33,431 nucleotides of DNA from an uncultured Rubrobacteraceae bacterium (GTDB lineage Bacteria > Actinomycetota > Rubrobacteria > Rubrobacterales > Rubrobacteraceae). A program made the translations under genes and the position numbers. Shown one piece after another: positions 31,731 to 33,431 of this stretch. How positions within the stretch are numbered: position 1 is the first letter of the stretch; every line of letters begins with the position of its first letter. The stretch is from assembly GCA_964242955.1 (NCBI GenBank), contig CAXTDD010000002.1, positions 1 through 33,431 on the forward strand, in the 5' to 3' direction. The notes under the pieces are model-generated. The model was not told the DNA's origin and searched no databases. It saw only the letters and a program-made list of their open reading frames with translations.

Positions 31731-33330
31731 GAGCTTGCGCCAATAGGCGGGTAACGCGCCGACTCGAAAGGCGGGCACGGATGCTCCATCATCCGGGGAG
31801 TCCTCTAAAGCGAACGCCATAACCGTTGACCCGCGGTCACCGAAGAGCGATCATGCTCGTCATGAAACCCTACTCTGAGGATCTGCGCCGCAAGATCGTC
31901 GCCGCCGTCGAGCGCGGCATGCCCAAAACCGAGGCCGCCCGCACCTTCGGCGTTAGCCTCTCTTCGGTCAAGCGCTACTGGAGATCGGCCTTGCGGGAGG
32001 AGCCTCTCGCCCCCCGCAAGGGTGGCGGGAGACCCCCGAAGACGACCGCCGCCACGGCGAGGCTGCTCGAAGAGGACGTTGCCAGGCGCCCCTACGCCGC
32101 CGCCCGGGAGCGCGCTGCCTTCCTGCGCACCATGAGCGGGGTCGGGCTCTCCGAGTCCACCGTGAGGCGGCTCCTGCGCAAGCTCGGTTTCTCCCAAAAA
32201 AACGGAGCCTGGGTGCGTCAGAGCGCGACGAGTTCTTGAGGTGCGCCTGGAAGGCGGAGATCTCGGGGAAGCTCGCGGCAGAGCGCTTCGTGTTCGTCGA
32301 CGAGATGGGATCGAACACCTCGCTCTCTCCGCTGTATGGCTGGTCGAGGGTGGGCGAGCGACTGCCCGCGAAGGTGCCCAGGAACCGGGGCAAGAACGTC
32401 ACGCTAATCTCCAGCATGACGCTCTGTGGCATGGGACCGTCGGTGGCGGTTGAGGGGTCGACCACGAGGGCGGCTTTCGAGGCCTACGTCGGGCAGGCGC
32501 TCTGCCCCTCGCTCTCGGCGGGCCAGCTCGTGGTGATGGACAACCTCTCCGCCCACAAAGGAGGGCGGGTGCGCGAGCTCATCGAGGGGGCCGGATGCGA
32601 GCTTTTGTACTTGCCGCCCTACTCGCCGGACATGAATCCCATCGAGGAGGCCTTCAGCAAGGTCAAGGGGCTCATGCGCCGCCCCGAGGCGCGCACCCGC
32701 GAGGCTCTGGTGGAGGCGATGGGCAATGCGCTCGACGCGGTGAGTGCCCGGGATGCCCGCGGGTTCTTCGGCCACTGCGGATACCGAGATGCGGTCCAAC
32801 CGTTTTGACTACCGCTTTAAGCTTCCCGAACAGAAGGAGCGTACCCCGTGCCCGCCCTGCCACTACACATCATCGAGCCCGTCCGGCAACAGTTCCTCGC
32901 GCTGTTGCCTGAGAGGGGGACGGACCACCCCCTGGGCTGTCACCGCCCCCGCATCCCGGATCGGGTGGTCTTCGAGAAGCCGGTACAGGTCCTGGTGTTC
33001 GGCCGCGCCTATTGGCGGATCGCAGACGAAGGGTGCTCGGCCACCACCCTCGGACGCCGCCGCGACGAGTGGATCGGACTGGGGGCGATGGACGATCTGG
33101 AGGGGATGGCGCGGGGGGCTTACGATCGAGCCGTCGGCCTCGAGTTGTCCGACGTGGCCGTCGATTGCTGCATCACCAAGGCTCCATGCGGGGGCGAAAG
33201 GGCGGGCAAAAGCCCGGTGGACCGCGGGAAGTGGGGCCTCAAACGCTCGATGATGGTCGACGCTCGTGGTATCCCTCTGGGTGTGGTGGCCGCCGGGGCC
33301 AACCGCCACGACTCGCCGCTCTTGGCACCC
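31731..33330 (+). mobile_element. Second IS5-family element: left end split by IS630, transposase (GTG 32848) truncated near 33330
   Basis: TTA then TIR GAGCTTGCGCCAATAGG. 31763-31807 joined to 32820-32850 matches the leader of the 1439 copy. Protein MPALPLHIIEP...HPLGCHRPRIPD...ANRHDSPLLAP. Confidence 0.88.
31808..32817 (+). mobile_element. IS630-family element, apparently intact; transposase 31862..32808 via -1 frameshift
   Basis: TA duplication at 31806-31807 and 32818-32819; AAGCG/CGCTT ends; A7C slippery run at 32196-32203; FVDEMG, VMDNL, YSPDMNPIEE. Confidence 0.92.
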
Positions 33331-33431
33331 CGCAAGGCCTCGGAGGTCGCCAGGACCTTCGACGTGGGCGCCTCTACCGTCAAGCGCTACGCCGCCGCGG
33401 CGCGAGAGGGGAGGTCGCTGGCCCCGAAGAG
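33331..33431 (+). mobile_element. Internal fragment of an IS630 HTH ORF (runs off the window)
   Basis: RKASEVARTFDVGASTVKRY....REGRSLAPK is homologous to ORFA of the neighbouring IS630 copies. Confidence 0.8.

Overview
A GC-rich bacterial window, probably from an actinomycete; a Rubrobacter-like host is an inference from the protein and IS types. It holds a Wzx/Wzy-type extracellular polysaccharide locus on the minus strand (sulfotransferase-like remnant, flippase, polymerase/ligase-like protein, three GT4s) and a divergent GT2. Beside it is an expanded set of secreted glycan-active paralogs: three clan GH-A-like hydrolases, three right-handed beta-helix proteins (one destroyed), two GH26-like pieces and a TolB-like propeller/Ig protein. 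About a dozen IS elements or remnants (IS630, IS5, IS3, IS110, IS701-like) fill roughly a quarter of the window. Two non-coding elements missing from the ORF track stand out. (1) An IS110 element carries a readable bridge RNA whose guides match its own donor junction and its actual insertion site, and whose programmed target is the complement of a Shine-Dalgarno sequence. (2) A c-di-GMP-I (GEMM) riboswitch sits in front of the first secreted GH-A hydrolase, directly downstream of the glycosyltransferase genes. All family calls come from reading motifs by eye; no searches were run.
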